Part shown: positions 38,200 to 50,835 of the stretch, piece after piece
Layout: the number at the start of each line of letters is the position of its first letter
Numbering within the stretch: the first letter of the stretch is position 1
DNA from: Nemertoderma westbladi
Taxonomy: Eukaryota; Animalia; Xenacoelomorpha
Length of the DNA stretch: 64,000 nucleotides
Direction of reading: 5' to 3'
Assembly: GCA_032718475.1 (NCBI GenBank)
Contig: JAUCBJ010000924.1
Location: 1-64,000 of the forward strand
Made by a program: the position numbers and the translations under genes
Notes under the pieces: generated by a model
The model's database searches: none
What the model was told of the DNA's origin: nothing
The model's input: only the letters and a program-made list of their open reading frames with translations

Positions 38200-40515
38200 T
38201 TTAGTGGACATAAAAAGCCATTTCTTCTGTATGTGTACTTTAGCGGACATAATTAGCAATTCTATGTCGCAATGCGCTAGATCCTCTTGAAACAGTGTAG
38301 TTACTATGACGACAGCTAACAGCTGATCTGTACACGTGTAGCTTTTCCTTGTTCTCTGGTGTTTCTTTGTTCGATCAACCAATCAGAGCGATTCTCTTGC
38401 TTTTTGTACAGAAACCTCCAAGAAATCGCGCATACTGTAGATTGGAGGTAGTAGAGTCCAATACTAAGAATTACACAACCGGGGCTACTGCTACTTGGAG
38501 GTAAAGACGGGCATTCTAGAACACCCCCCAGAAAACGGCGAGTGCCATCTCGGATATATAACTCAATAGCATCCCCATTGGAGCGGTTTACCTCATGCCG
38601 AATGGAGATCCCAGGTACAGTGGCTAGAACTGTAGCACTTTTTGTTACAAGGGAGAGTTGTTGGTGCCCATTTGGGTAACTATTTAAAACAACATTATGT
38701 AATGTCTCCTCAGTTTGGGTTTGGAATGAATGAGGTATTCATTCCAACTTTATTTAACGTTGAATATACAACTTTTACTAAGTCTTTAATAAAGTCGGCA
38801 GGGTTTTCTACTGACAGAAGATGCTTATGGAGTGGAGGTGAAGATGACAGGATCTATTGGTCTATTGTCTGGTCTATTGTCTGTCACGTGAAAATCAAAG
38901 TCTGCCGACAATGAAGCCACAGACAACCCATGGTAGCCACCCATGTTCTTGAGCACGGTAAAGCTGCTGGTGTACTTACCAACCTTCCCGTCTCTCACCG
39001 TATTAGGTACAACAGTAGCTGGCGCCAGTCTATCTGGGTATTGGAGGGGATCAGGTCGAGGATGGCGAGGAACGTGTATGTAGAGTTTCTGTGCGTTCTT
39101 ATGTTCGTCACACAGAACAACACAGATTCCCAGCTTGGGGTCTAAGACGAGACTCGGAGCCACTTCCCATGAGAGTATTGTAGAACGAATAAACCAGTCC
39201 TCTCTGGTTCCTTGGACTAGTTGGGGTTTCGGTCTGAAGGTGGAGAAGTTGGGGACCCAGAAGTGGAGGAAGTGGTGTAGCTGTAAGAGGTTTCCTTGCT
39301 CTAGAAACTCCCCACAACCTAATGGGCACCGGATGGCATAGCAGGGGTATTTATTGAGGGCGTTTATATTTCTGCCATCGAATAAACTACCCACTTCGGT
39401 TTTAAACCAAGCCCTGACCGAAGTTATGTCCTCAAAGCAAGGCGCAATATGAATATTTGCATGGACTGAATGGGAATATATATTTTCCAGTCCCTCCCAC
39501 GCATTCCTTAGTGTTTGTGGAATAATTTTCCACACTAACCCTTCCATTGCAGTGGTCACTAACGACCACAAGTAGGCTGGCCCACCGTCACTCCACTTAG
39601 GATGTATTGCGTTTGTGGTAAGGTACGCCTTACATGGGCAACACAACAAGAATTCGCCACGAACTGGCGAACTTGTCCGAACTGGCGCCAAATTATTGCT
39701 CCCACAAACTGCTGGAGAGGGACTTCCATTCCATCGACAGGCTGTCGCATACAGTTCTCGCACCTACCATCTAGTACAATCTCATAGTTTTTTAATCTTG
39801 TGTCTGTCACATCGTCTTCCGATTCTGATGGCTCCTCACTGGAACTCCAGTTATCATGAACGCCAACATTCACAGGGTCTTCCACCCCCACCCCCACATT
39901 CTGATGTTTCCTATTTATATTAATATTACGGTATATTAGTGGAACGGTATTACTTTCAGTTTCTAACACAATCACTGTGTGATGGTAAAGGCAACTCTGT
40001 GTGCTGGCTAGACAACTGATTAATTTGTGTACGATGTATAAGGGATACATAGTGCGGTCCCAAGTCATGGATGTAACCCAGAAATATTTCCCGCCCAGTA
40101 AATCTGCCCTCCCTATGAATTAGCCCACTACCCGAATTGAAAATACGTAAGTTTAAATTTAGAATTTTTGATAGGATAGTAAGTGAAAATTGATCCCCCA
40201 CTCTAGCCCAGTACGTACCCTATCTATATAAGTTTGATATGTACAACCCACTGGTAAGATTGGAATCAAGAAGTCCCCGTATAGGCGTATATGTGTTCCC
40301 TCACCCAGAGTTGATTGTGATACCCCTAAGTTCTGCAACCGAATACCGTTGGCCGGTTTCCACCAGTAGTGCGTGCCGGATGGTTAGATACATACATACA
40401 GTCACCGCCGCCCCCACATTCGATGGCTTCTCGTCCGATGGTGTTTGCGAACTGGACGGTGGCAACTGTTCCACGGGAATTCGCAGTTGTTATGGAATTA
40501 TATCCATGTATATAG
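38200..40515 (-). pseudogene. Helitron-like element copy A: OTU protease + Cys/His-rich N-terminal region
   Basis: Across frameshifts: ECGGGGDCMY (about 40400), TYIDRVRTGLEWG-DQFSL, IFLGYIHDLGPHYVSL (OTU), then CENCMR, CCPCKAY, CPLGCGEF, LCDEH and HVPRHP. 38500-39330 is clearly homologous to 60450-60900 of copy C. Confidence 0.75.
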
Positions 40516-41139
40516 AGAGCTGCCGAGGAACCTAAAACAATATGGTATTTATATAGATAGATAGGGATAACTAATTATTTGTGGCACATAATTAGTATTA
40601 TTCGTGGCCCAACATAATTGATTTACACTGTCACATCATTTTTTTTTAACACTAGAACAGCCAAGCTGAGTCAATTGACTCATTTGCATGTTTGAACCTC
40701 TCTCAACAAAAAAGTTTTGCACGTATCGATTTGAAATTTTTAGAGTTTTAATATTTTATAGATAGGTATCTAAATACAAAATTTCAGCAAAAAAGGTGAT
40801 GCCCATCAGAAGATACGGATGAGTATACCTAGAACAGCCAAGCTGAGTCAATTGACTCATTTTGATATAAATGCGTTTTGATGAGAGAGGATGAGAGAGA
40901 TTTTTTTTTAATACATGGAATGTTTAAAATATAATATTCCTGGGACAATATTAAATAATTATTTTGGCACATAATTTCTAGCCAAATAGTTAAATAATGT
41001 GCTACCAGTTGTATAATACAATAAGATGCAAGTTTAATCAAAACCGCGCCACTTTAATTAAAATATGTGAATGCATTGCATTGGTTATATTTGTATATTT
41101 TTATAAATTTATATTGTATAAAACATTATTTGCTTAAAT

Positions 41140-41684
41140 ATAACTTACTCATACGAAGTTAAGGTTCCAGAATACTACCAGCGCGGCATACAATAGGTAA
41201 CAAACGGGGGTACAATGGTAGTAAATATAATTACTTGGTGGTCTATTTGATATAACTTAGTCATACAAAGTTAAGGTTCCAGAATACTACCAGCGCGGCA
41301 TATAACTGGTAACAAACGGGGGTACAATGGTAGTAAATATAATTACTTGTTGGTCTATTTGATATAACTTAGTCATACGAAGTTAAGGTTCCAGAATACT
41401 ACCAGCGCGGCATATAACTGGTAACAAACGGGGGTACAATGGTAGTAAATATAATTTACTTGGTGGTCTATTTGATATAACTTAGTCATACGAAGTTAAG
41501 GTTCCAGAATACTACCAGCGCAGCATACAACTGGTAACAAACGGGGATACAATGGTAGTAAATATAATTACTTGGTGGTCTATTTGATATAACTTAGTCA
41601 TACGAAGTTAAGGTTCCAGAATACTACCAGTGTGGCATATAACTTACTCATACAAAGTTAAGGTTCCAGAATACTACCAGCGCG
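41140..41684. repeat. 112-bp satellite, about 4.5 units
   Basis: AAGGTTCCAGAATACTACCAGCGCGGCAT recurs at 41161, 41273, 41385, 41498 and 41610. Confidence 0.95.
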
Positions 41685-43079
41685 TCTGACGGGATCAGGG
41701 GATCCCGACCGGTTTGGTTTATTTACGCGTCGCCGCATGGTTAGGAAAACAGTTGTTATAGTTCTTCCAATATTGTTAATACAGTTCGATAATATAATAT
41801 ATAATATAGAGTGATAGCATGAGATAACAGCAGATCGGTAACCGGTAAATGTTGTACGGTAATATATTGATGGCGGCGGTGACGGTGTTAAAGTGTCACC
41901 GTACTGCCCTGGGTGACTGAGATAACTGAATTGAGATTGAAACTGACCGGTAATATATTTGATTACCTACTGTACTTGTGGCCTGATTACTTAGCGGATG
42001 CAATTACTTTGGCTCTGATTGGCCAATAACCTAATTCTCGGCTCCCACCTCTGTGGGAGTGTTTCCCCCCTCGCTGCTGTCACTTTCCTCTCCCGGAGGT
42101 TTAACCTCTGACCTCCCTTTGTGTGGCCCTTCGGGGTTTGTTGTCCCCGTTTATTGGGTGTGTGATACGAGGTTAATTGGGGATTAACCTCGTCGGTCCC
42201 ATCTTCATCCGTTTTACCTGCTTGCCACTTAGTTTTGGCGTTAGGCACTTTAAGTTTGGTTTTTGGTACAATAACCTGAGGGTTCCCCCCTACAACTCTT
42301 ATGAGCCCCCAGGCTCTTTTGACTAGTGTCAACGAATCAATCAATACCTGTTTCAAACAATGGCTTGTTTTCTCCCTTCATACAGATGAGTGCCATTATG
42401 GCCCGTGAGAACGACATTAAAAATTCATAACCGGATACCCGTTTTTATTTGACATCCTGTGGCCAACCTCTTAAACTGGTTATCCATGCCTTAATATTTA
42501 CCCATCCATCTATGGTTACCATTTTTTCGATAATATCCTTCAACAGGGTAGCTTCAACAGGGGGCTGTCGGTACCTTCTATATATCGGAGGGAAGTCACA
42601 ACGCTGGAGTATTTCCTTGTTGTCCTGACGCCATTGTTAATAATAATGGTGAGTTTATAATATTATGGTTAAACCTCCTGCTATTGCTACAGCAATATAC
42701 TGATATATACTTTCAAGTCTTGATATTTTACAATATTACCATAATGATGGATCTAAAAACGAGTTTTAAGTGGACAGGTAGAAAATGGGAACGTACAATA
42801 ACATATTAAAAAAAATAGAAAAAAATAACTTACATAATGGGGGGTATCTAATGATCAAGATTATGATGGGATTCACTAGTCTGGACTAGCACTGCACTGA
42901 AAAAGATAAACCTTGGTTTTAACTAAAAAAACCGCCGGTTTACTAAAATAACCCTGGGTATTTTTACACCAAAACTACCGGGGGTTATTTTAAGAAACCG
43001 GCGGTTAAAGTAACAGATAGAACCTTTGTTTCATTAATTATGATCCTATCTACAAGGACGCTTTTCCAAGCAAATAACG

Positions 43080-44000
43080 GTGGTTAATCTCTCAAAAACA
43101 AGGTTTTAAAGTATCTGAAACCATGGTTTGAGTTAATTAAATTAAGGTTTTATATTTGGGTACCATACCAGAATGGGGTTACAAATCAAAATACCAAGGT
43201 TATATTTCATGGCTAATCTCTCAAACCGAGGTTTAAAAAACCTATGAAAGCATGGTTTGTCCCTTAAACCAAGGTTTTAAAACCTAGAACACCATGGTTT
43301 GATTAATTAAATTACGGTTTTATAATTAGGCGCCATAACAAAATGAGGTTACAAATTATAATACCAAGGATTTAATTCGTGGAATCTCTCAAACTGAGGG
43401 TTAAAAACCTATGGTAGCACGGTTTGTCCATCAAACCAAGGTTTTAAAACCTATGAAACCATGGTTTGTGTTAATTAAATTACGGTTTTATATTTAGGTA
43501 CCATAATAAAATGGTGTTCCAAATTGTAATATCAAGGTTTAAATTCGTGGAATCTCTCAAACCGAGGGTTAAAAACCTAAGAAAGCACGGTTTGTCCCTC
43601 AAACCAAGGTTTTAAAACCTATGAAACCATGGTTTGTGTTAATTAAATTACGGTTTTATATTTAGGTACCATAATAAAATGGTGTTCCAAATTTTAATAT
43701 CAAGGTTTAAATTCATAGAATCTCTCAAACCGAGGGTTAAAAACCTAAGAAAGCACGGTTTGTCCATCAAACTAAGGTTTTAAAACCTATGAAACCATGG
43801 TTTGTGTTAATTAAATTACGGTTTTATATTTAGGTACCATAATAAAATGGTGTTCCAAATTTTAATATCAAGGTTTAAATTCGTAGAATCTCTCAAACCG
43901 AGGGTTAAAAACCTAAGAAAGCACGGTTTGTCCCTCAAACTAAGGTTTTAAAACCTATGAAACCATGGTTTGTGTTAATTAAATTCCGGTTTTAAATTTT
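43080..44000. repeat. 168-bp satellite, about 5.5 units (possibly the subterminal array of a CACT-ended element starting at about 42896)
   Basis: AAACCATGGTTTGTGTTAATTAAATT recurs at 43456, 43624, 43792 and 43960; units to the left are more diverged. Confidence 0.9.
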
Positions 44001-45384
44001 GGCACCACAAATCGGGGTTATAGAAAAAGTCACCACTCACCACACCATGGATATTTTTAGAACACCGGATAACTTTACTATATAAAATAATAATAAATGT
44101 GATATATAATTGATATTCATGTTTGCCATTTTTCTTAATTCACCAACTTAGTAGGGTGAATCTGGTGTATATAGCGACAGTGAATACTTGATGATAAGTA
44201 TTTTACCAGTAACTAATATACCCAACCAACCAACCATTAACCTAAACAAATATGGTGCATCAGCATCGTTTGCCCTATAATTTTGAAAACATTCACATAA
44301 TCATATACGTACTTCTGCTTTTGGGTTCATTTTAATGAAACATTAGGCCTACTGAAAATTCTTCATGTTTACTGTGTCCACCAACGTCGTTTGTAATGTG
44401 CCAAATAGCAATAGTTGGCATGAATATAAAATCCATCATAAGTATAAAAATAAATTATTAAAAGAATATAAAAATATATTATAAAAAGAATATAAAAATA
44501 AATTATAAAAAGAATATAAAAATTTGAATGACCCACTTTTGGTACCGGTATATACCTGATACCCATAGGTTAATTAAATTAACTCATTAGAACTGCGATG
44601 ATCGATTAAGATCAAGATTAGTGTGATTATTTCTCGAGATATTGCACATTAAAAAGAATACATCCCTAATTAAAATTACCTCACAATCAAGAATAATGCT
44701 CATCTGAACCGAATTTATCGATTTAGTGGGGATAGACACCGATTTCTTTTGTCAAACACTGTTTTGCTTGCCAAAATACTTCACAGGCATTTTTATTCTC
44801 AACATAAGGCTGGCCTCACACGAGCAAGTTTTGTTGCGGAAATTTGTTTCTGCAAAATGTTGCTGGTCCCTTCACACGAGCAACTTTTGTAACTGGGGAT
44901 ATCACACTAGAGGCTCCACTTTTTCTAGCGCTTGTGGGCCTCGCAGTTTACAAGAGTGGCGGCCCAAACCCTAATTAAAGCAGTAATTAAATTTAAGAAA
45001 TAAGAAATTTAAGAAATTTTGTGGAATTTCTTAAAATAGAGCCTCAAGACTTAGGGTTAGGATTTAATTACTGCTTTAATTATGGCTTGTGCCTGACCAA
45101 CAAACCCTAACCAAAAAAACAAACGAATATATCCCAGTCTGTAAGTCAGTAAACTACAAAACACCCCAATCACTAAGTAGCCTGAGTAATAAAGGTCGTA
45201 CTGCTGTATGTTTTCCATATGAAAAGTGGCGCCTGTAGTGTGAAAGATCCTGTAACTGCACTGCAACAAATATTGCACGTGGAGCCTTGCTTAAGGAACC
45301 GATTGTGTGAGGGCAAATGATGCATTCTATTAACCAGCAACCAACACAATATTATCCTACTCAATTCAATTAAACCAACATCCA

Positions 45385-46426
45385 TCATGTAACGATTTTT
45401 CCAAGCTCCTCATCCAACTCAGCAACACCTTTAGTAAATAGTTTATTCGAAGATGAATTGATGAGTGAAGTGTAATCATCGGCCCCCCTGTTATATTTTA
45501 AAACCATGGCTCCACTAACCAATCCATAATTGTTGGATCCGTAAAAGAACACCCAGTATGGTCTAGAACTTTTCGGCGTTCCATATGGCTCACATATTCG
45601 ACTAGGCCAAAATTTGTCCCGTTTCTTAAGTTTGGCCCACACAAAATCTCCAACTTGGTAACTATCACGAACATCCTGATCCTCACAATCAGAAACAACA
45701 TCAGAGACAACAACAGCGTCAGAGGTGATGGAGATTACACCTTCCACATCAGATTCCGAACTTGATGATGGCACAGATATTTTATGACGGCAGCAAACTC
45801 TATCATTGATTCGTCCTTATCGGAATCCTTTGACGCTGAACCTGAAGTTCCTTTGTTGCGATTTCCCTTTTCAGCTTGAACGCAGTTGTGGTGTCGTTCA
45901 CTAATGGATCGGCGAAATATTATATCCTTCCATATTATATTCTCCTTCTATGATGGCGAAATTCAAACTCAGGATAGATTGTACAGACTGATAGTGATAT
46001 TACATCCGAATTGTCAATGGATCTTGATGCAAAATCTGTCTCGAATATTCTCACGCATTCCCTATATGCCTTACCACCCATCTTTATTTCCTTATCATCG
46101 ATATCAATCTTTAATACAGAGACCAAATCTACCTTTTCATTTAATTTGGGGATGTAATAGATTTTATCGCCTATTTGTTCCGTTTCCAGTAGGTCACGCT
46201 TATCAGAAGCTGTGCATTTAGTAACGGTATCACAGCAACTGTTAGTGCTGGTCATGTCCTGTGAGCAAAGTGTGTCGGTGTCACATATTGGACACGTTAT
46301 CCAATCGTTTTCAATTTCAATGCCGCAGCATTTCTTCTTTTTCTTTTGAACCTTTGTCTTACATCTAGGGCAAACAGCAAATATCACCCTTAGTTCGTTG
46401 AAACCGCAATGAGAACACGGGTCCAT
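45385..46426 (-). pseudogene. Double zinc ribbon + PWWP domain gene, broken into two ORFs
   Basis: CSHC..CPRC..CC..CPIC at the N-terminus; YQVGDFVWAKLKKRDKFWPSRI..YWVFFYGS..LFTKGVAE is a PWWP signature. Confidence 0.7.
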
Positions 46427-47876
46427 TTCAAGCTCAGCTTATATAAGATTCCAGTATATAAAAGTTGTATATAATAGTAGCAAAGCAACGTTTTTGAAAA
46501 TAGCTGTATATACTGATATATGTAGGTATATAATATATATATATATATATATATGCATTGGCCGATAAGGGCCAGTGCGAATATATAACTTTTGAGCATA
46601 CCCAACAAACTTGCTTAGATGTAAATGAAATACTAATATGATCCACTAGGGGGCTCTAATTAACAAGTAGTGAGGTATGGCCCTTCCAGAACTTTTTTCC
46701 TTCTAAAATATATTTTGAAATAGCAATAAATACCACGATGTTCCACGCAGTGGTGGAAGAAAATAATTGACACAATGGCCCTAATTATAGAGTTTTCTTT
46801 AAAAAAAAATAATATAGGTAGAATATAGACGCCAAAACAAGGAAAAGTAGCGAGAAACAGAAGTGCAAAAATGCAGAATCTGATAATTACATATGTTTCT
46901 ACTCAACGAATTTCCCTGAAATAAATTGAACAGAAATAATTATTGATTCATGAATAATTATTATAACTTTTGTTGGGCACAGCTTAGCAAAGTCGAGAAT
47001 GACGTCCAGATGGGATCGAAGTGGTGACCGCCAGTTTGGCGCTCTTACCATTCCGCTAGCGGCTCAGGCAAAAAAAAAAGGTAGACCTTGAAATACTACC
47101 TAATATACCTACTATAGCTCCCATCTGTCAAACCATATCTGCAGCCACTATATTCGATTCTTTGTTATTATGTGCTTCGCCGTCTCTTTCCTCACTAAGC
47201 TGTGCCAAACGGAAGGTTTGATAATTTGCACAAATACAACATGAATACACATGAATAATTATGGAAACTTGATTCATTTAGCGGCCACTACAGTTTAACA
47301 AAACATAGTTTGAAACCTAAAAAACAAGGAAATATACTTTAGGATTACAATGTTGCATGCTATTTAAGGTATGTATGGTATGGTATATAACTATGCTATG
47401 GCATGCTATCGTCCGACCCTTAGTCTTAGAGCATGCTACAGTTTATGTTTGGTTTGCTGATATAAGATGTATGCTATGCATGCTATGATAACTAACTGTA
47501 GATGTTATGTTAGGTATGTATCCTAACATTTCACGACTACTAGAAACGATATTCTAGCGACAGGAATATAATCCATTAGCAGTTAGTATTGAAAACACTT
47601 CAGCCTTACAAATTCAGTATGTGCTACATTATTATAGCCATTATTTATGTGCCTCTATAAATTTCATTATTATTCTATATCTATAATATTGTTATAGGGC
47701 CTATTCCATATTTGTCATTGTCTCGACCAGCTGAATTATTATATAGTTATGCATTATGTTATGTTATGTATGTATGCTATGGTATTATACTATGCTATGC
47801 TATACTATGCTATGATATGACATTTCCTTCATTGCGTGTATCCAATGGGAGATTTGTCTTGAAGGACCCAGACCAA

Positions 47877-48425
47877 TTTAAATGGCCCTTAGGAACAGTG
47901 TCTATTGAGGGCCATTTAAGTGGCTCCAATGAGACATTGTCTTGAATGGGCCACTTTAACTTTTTACCCTTTTTACACCTTTAACCCTATTCATGCCAGA
48001 AATAATAATAAAAAATTTACTCTTATTAGCGTGCTTAAATTCACATTTTTAGGTTTTCTGGGGCACTGATTATAAATATTCCAATTTCTTCGGAAGTTTT
48101 TTTTATTAAAATTTTGTTATTAGTTTTATTTATTATTAATTTGGCACACACCTCCGAAAAATACAATTTGAAATGTCTAAAGCCGTTTTTATTTATTCCA
48201 ATGAATTCAGAACCAACGTAAAACACATGTAATGCGAGAAACAAGATGTAGAAATCAATTCGTATCTATTGCCATCTAGGGCCATTTTAGATTTAAGTGG
48301 CTCAAATGAGACATTGTCTTAAATGGGCCACTTCCTTTTAAATGGCCCTTACAAACATTGTTTACTGAGGGCCATTTTACATTTAAGTGGCTCAAATGAG
48401 ACATTGTCTTGAATGGGCCACTTCC
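47877..48425. repeat. Repeated hairpin-like blocks (AAATGGCCCT...AGGGCCATTT; AAGTGGCTC..AATGAGACATTGTCTT..GGGCCACTT)
   Basis: Three copies at about 47880-47955, 48280-48335 and 48340-48425. Confidence 0.7.
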
Positions 48426-48589
48426 TTTTAATGTTAGCGTGGCTTTGACTTTCACACATGTGTAGAAGAGTGGGTTACTTTAAGGAAAACAATAAACTCA
48501 ATAACATTGAGTATAATCGATAAATTGAATTGTAGAATTTAGTGAAATGTAGAATTTCAGTACTATCCAGTACTACAGTATTTGCCGCG

Positions 48590-48937
48590 TCACTCCATCT
48601 TCTCCTTATCGGCCACATCTGTGGCTGCGATTTCGCCCGCTTCCGCCTCTTCGCCGTTCGGCGCTTCTTTACCGTTCGGCGCTCCCACGACGTTTGCAGG
48701 TGCCCCGCTGTTAGTGTGTCCCGCGGCGTATGTCCCGCGCCGTGCCGCGCTGTATGGCACGCGTCGGTAACCGCGTCCCCCTCGACGGCCCTGTCCGCGG
48801 CCCCGTCCGCGGCCCCGAACCGCAGTCATCTCCCCGAACCCTCTCGGTGCTTCAGTTGCTTCCGCAGACGCAAAGTGATTTTGGGTGATGGATACCCGAC
48901 AATTACTAATGTTAATGGAGCTATGTTTGTCAGCCAT
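48590..48937 (-). CDS. Small RG-rich ORF of unknown function
   Basis: 115 aa with RGRGRGRGQGRRGGRG and an acidic tail, in a GC/CpG-rich island. No homology recognised. Confidence 0.3.
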   Translation of the reverse strand: MADKHSSINISNCRVSITQNHFASAEATEAPRGFGEMTAVRGRGRGRGQGRRGGRGYRRVPYSAARRGTYAAGHTNSGAPANVVGAPNGKEAPNGEEAEAGEIAATDVADKEKME

Positions 48938-49087
48938 AATAATATTAATCCACTATAGTTTATACTTGTTTTAATTTTATATAAACTTAGTAAACTTACT
49001 TAATTAATATCTATAATTACTTCAAAAGCCTACTTATTACTTAAAAGTTTTTGCTTTAACGATTTCATTGTGTTTTTTTTTTTTTCC

Positions 49088-50375
49088 AACATCCTAAGAT
49101 TACATGAGGTCTCCCGTGTAGAAGAGGACAGAGTGATTGAATTAATATCCTCAAAGGCGAACTTTGTGAACTCATGGGATGACATTCCGGCCGGATGCAC
49201 TAGGGTTGTTGGCAAACTAAAGGCCGAACGTGAAGCTACCACAAACTATTTACAGTCACTTTGCCAACAACCTGGTCTAGTTTCTGAAACATACACAGCC
49301 AATGACGAGATGGAGAGCCACGTTGGTGCCTGGTTAAAGGCAACGGACCGGGTCTCTTCATTGCTAACAATGCCGTGAGGGAAGCCCCCACACTTCTCAT
49401 CCCAGTCGGTGCTGTAATGCGTGTCACCTTCAATGGCTGCATGGGCGGACAAACCTTCTCTCAAGGTCAGCTCGTAGTGATTGAATCACTACCCACAGTC
49501 ATTGAACCGAAACTTTTATGTAGGTTGGTACCAGTTGGAGTTGCTGCTGTCGACCTTGCAAATATGTCTCAATATGCGTTGGTTCGTTTTAGTAAACGAA
49601 TTTCAGAGGAGGTTGAAGTTGGACCAAATGTCCAGAAAGCTCGCCGTGAATAGTGGCCTGTCCAACACATTGCGGCGATCACAGTTCATAGAATAATTGG
49701 ACTCACCATCCTGCTGCTAGCTACGCAACTTGGGCCGGAGAAATCCATTTATAACCTTTGGATGAAAGCCCAACTGCTTGTAATTATTTCCAGAGTCTGC
49801 TGACTTTGTTGCCTATACTTCGTTGGAAGTAGGCAAGATACTTTAAAGTATATTAGAATTCTAATACGACAAAAGTCAACGATTTTAAAACATATCTCTG
49901 ATACCTTGGAGAAAATGAACGTATTGCGAGAATTACCTGCTGGCAGTGGTGGTACATCCACGGTACTAGAACAGCCCAGACCCACGCAACGTACTACGTT
50001 CTACCGAGATGTTCATATCCCCGACAATTCCATTGGGTTTGTTTACATATTCATTAGGATCCCGTATCCTGATGTTTACTTCATTGGGGAGACCAGCCAT
50101 CTCAAAAGATCCCTCAAAGAACATCGCACTGGGAGAGGAACTATAGTAACCAACAATGTAAACCTACATCCTTGGCAACCGTTTGCATTTGTAACGGGTT
50201 TCCCTGGCAACGGGGATGAGCAAGGAAATGTACATATGCGATAAGATTTACTTGGTGCCATCAACTTCAGAGTCAATCCGCAAATGAATGCGCACAAAGT
50301 TTATGTACTTACCCAAACTGTAATCAATGAATTACTATTTAACTTACGATTAATTAAAGTATTTTAAGAGTAGAG
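49088..50375 (+). pseudogene. Helitron-like element copy B: PIF1 helicase C-terminus + GIY-YIG
   Basis: Colinear with 55200-56470 (reverse complement): VMRVTFN..FSQGQL..ARRE*WPVQHIAAITVHRIIG..QLLVIISRV, then GFVYIFI..YFIGET..LKRSLKEH.TGRG...T....HPW. Confidence 0.85.
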
Positions 50376-50579
50376 TGATATTTCATCTCTATCGTTTTTC
50401 TTTGTTTATTACTACTGATCTAATTACTGAGGCTCTGGTCCTGGGTCGAGCATTGCCCGCCCAGACTAGGGTGGTATATTATTTATTTTATCATTACTGC
50501 TCCGGACTAGAATCTTTTTTGTTCTAATGTTATTTATTAATGAGTCATTGTATGAGTCATTTTTTTCCAGTTTGACTTG

Positions 50580-50835
50580 AGTGTTCCACCTAGTTGAGGC
50601 CAGATTAACTTCAGTGTTCTACCTAATTCAATAATTTACCATCTGTTAGTTATGGGCGTGCATAAGCTCACCCCTCTGACTACAGTATGGTAAGTTTAAC
50701 CCAGTTTACTACCAGTTGTTGTGTATGCTGCGCTGGTAGTATACTTACAACCTTAAGTGTTCCACCTGGTTGAAGCCAGATTAACTTCAGTGTTCTACCT
50801 AATTTAGTAATTTACCATCTGTTAGTTATGGGTGT
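50580..50835. repeat. About 177-bp tandem duplication containing the reverse complement of the satellite core
   Basis: GTGTTCCACCT..GTTGA..CCAGATTAACTTCAGTG at about 50581 and 50757; CCAGTTTACTACCAGTTGTTGTGTATGCTGCGCTGGTAGTA at about 50701. Confidence 0.75.

Noticed and set aside
41140-44000. Regular arrays near nuclease/helicase genes as a CRISPR-like system
   Set aside because: Units are near-identical along their whole length with no unique spacers, and there are no cas-like genes. These are satellites.
50440-50520. CTAG sites after copy B as a canonical Helitron 3' end
   Set aside because: No convincing GC hairpin at the expected spacing, not conserved in copy C, and shared sequence continues beyond it.
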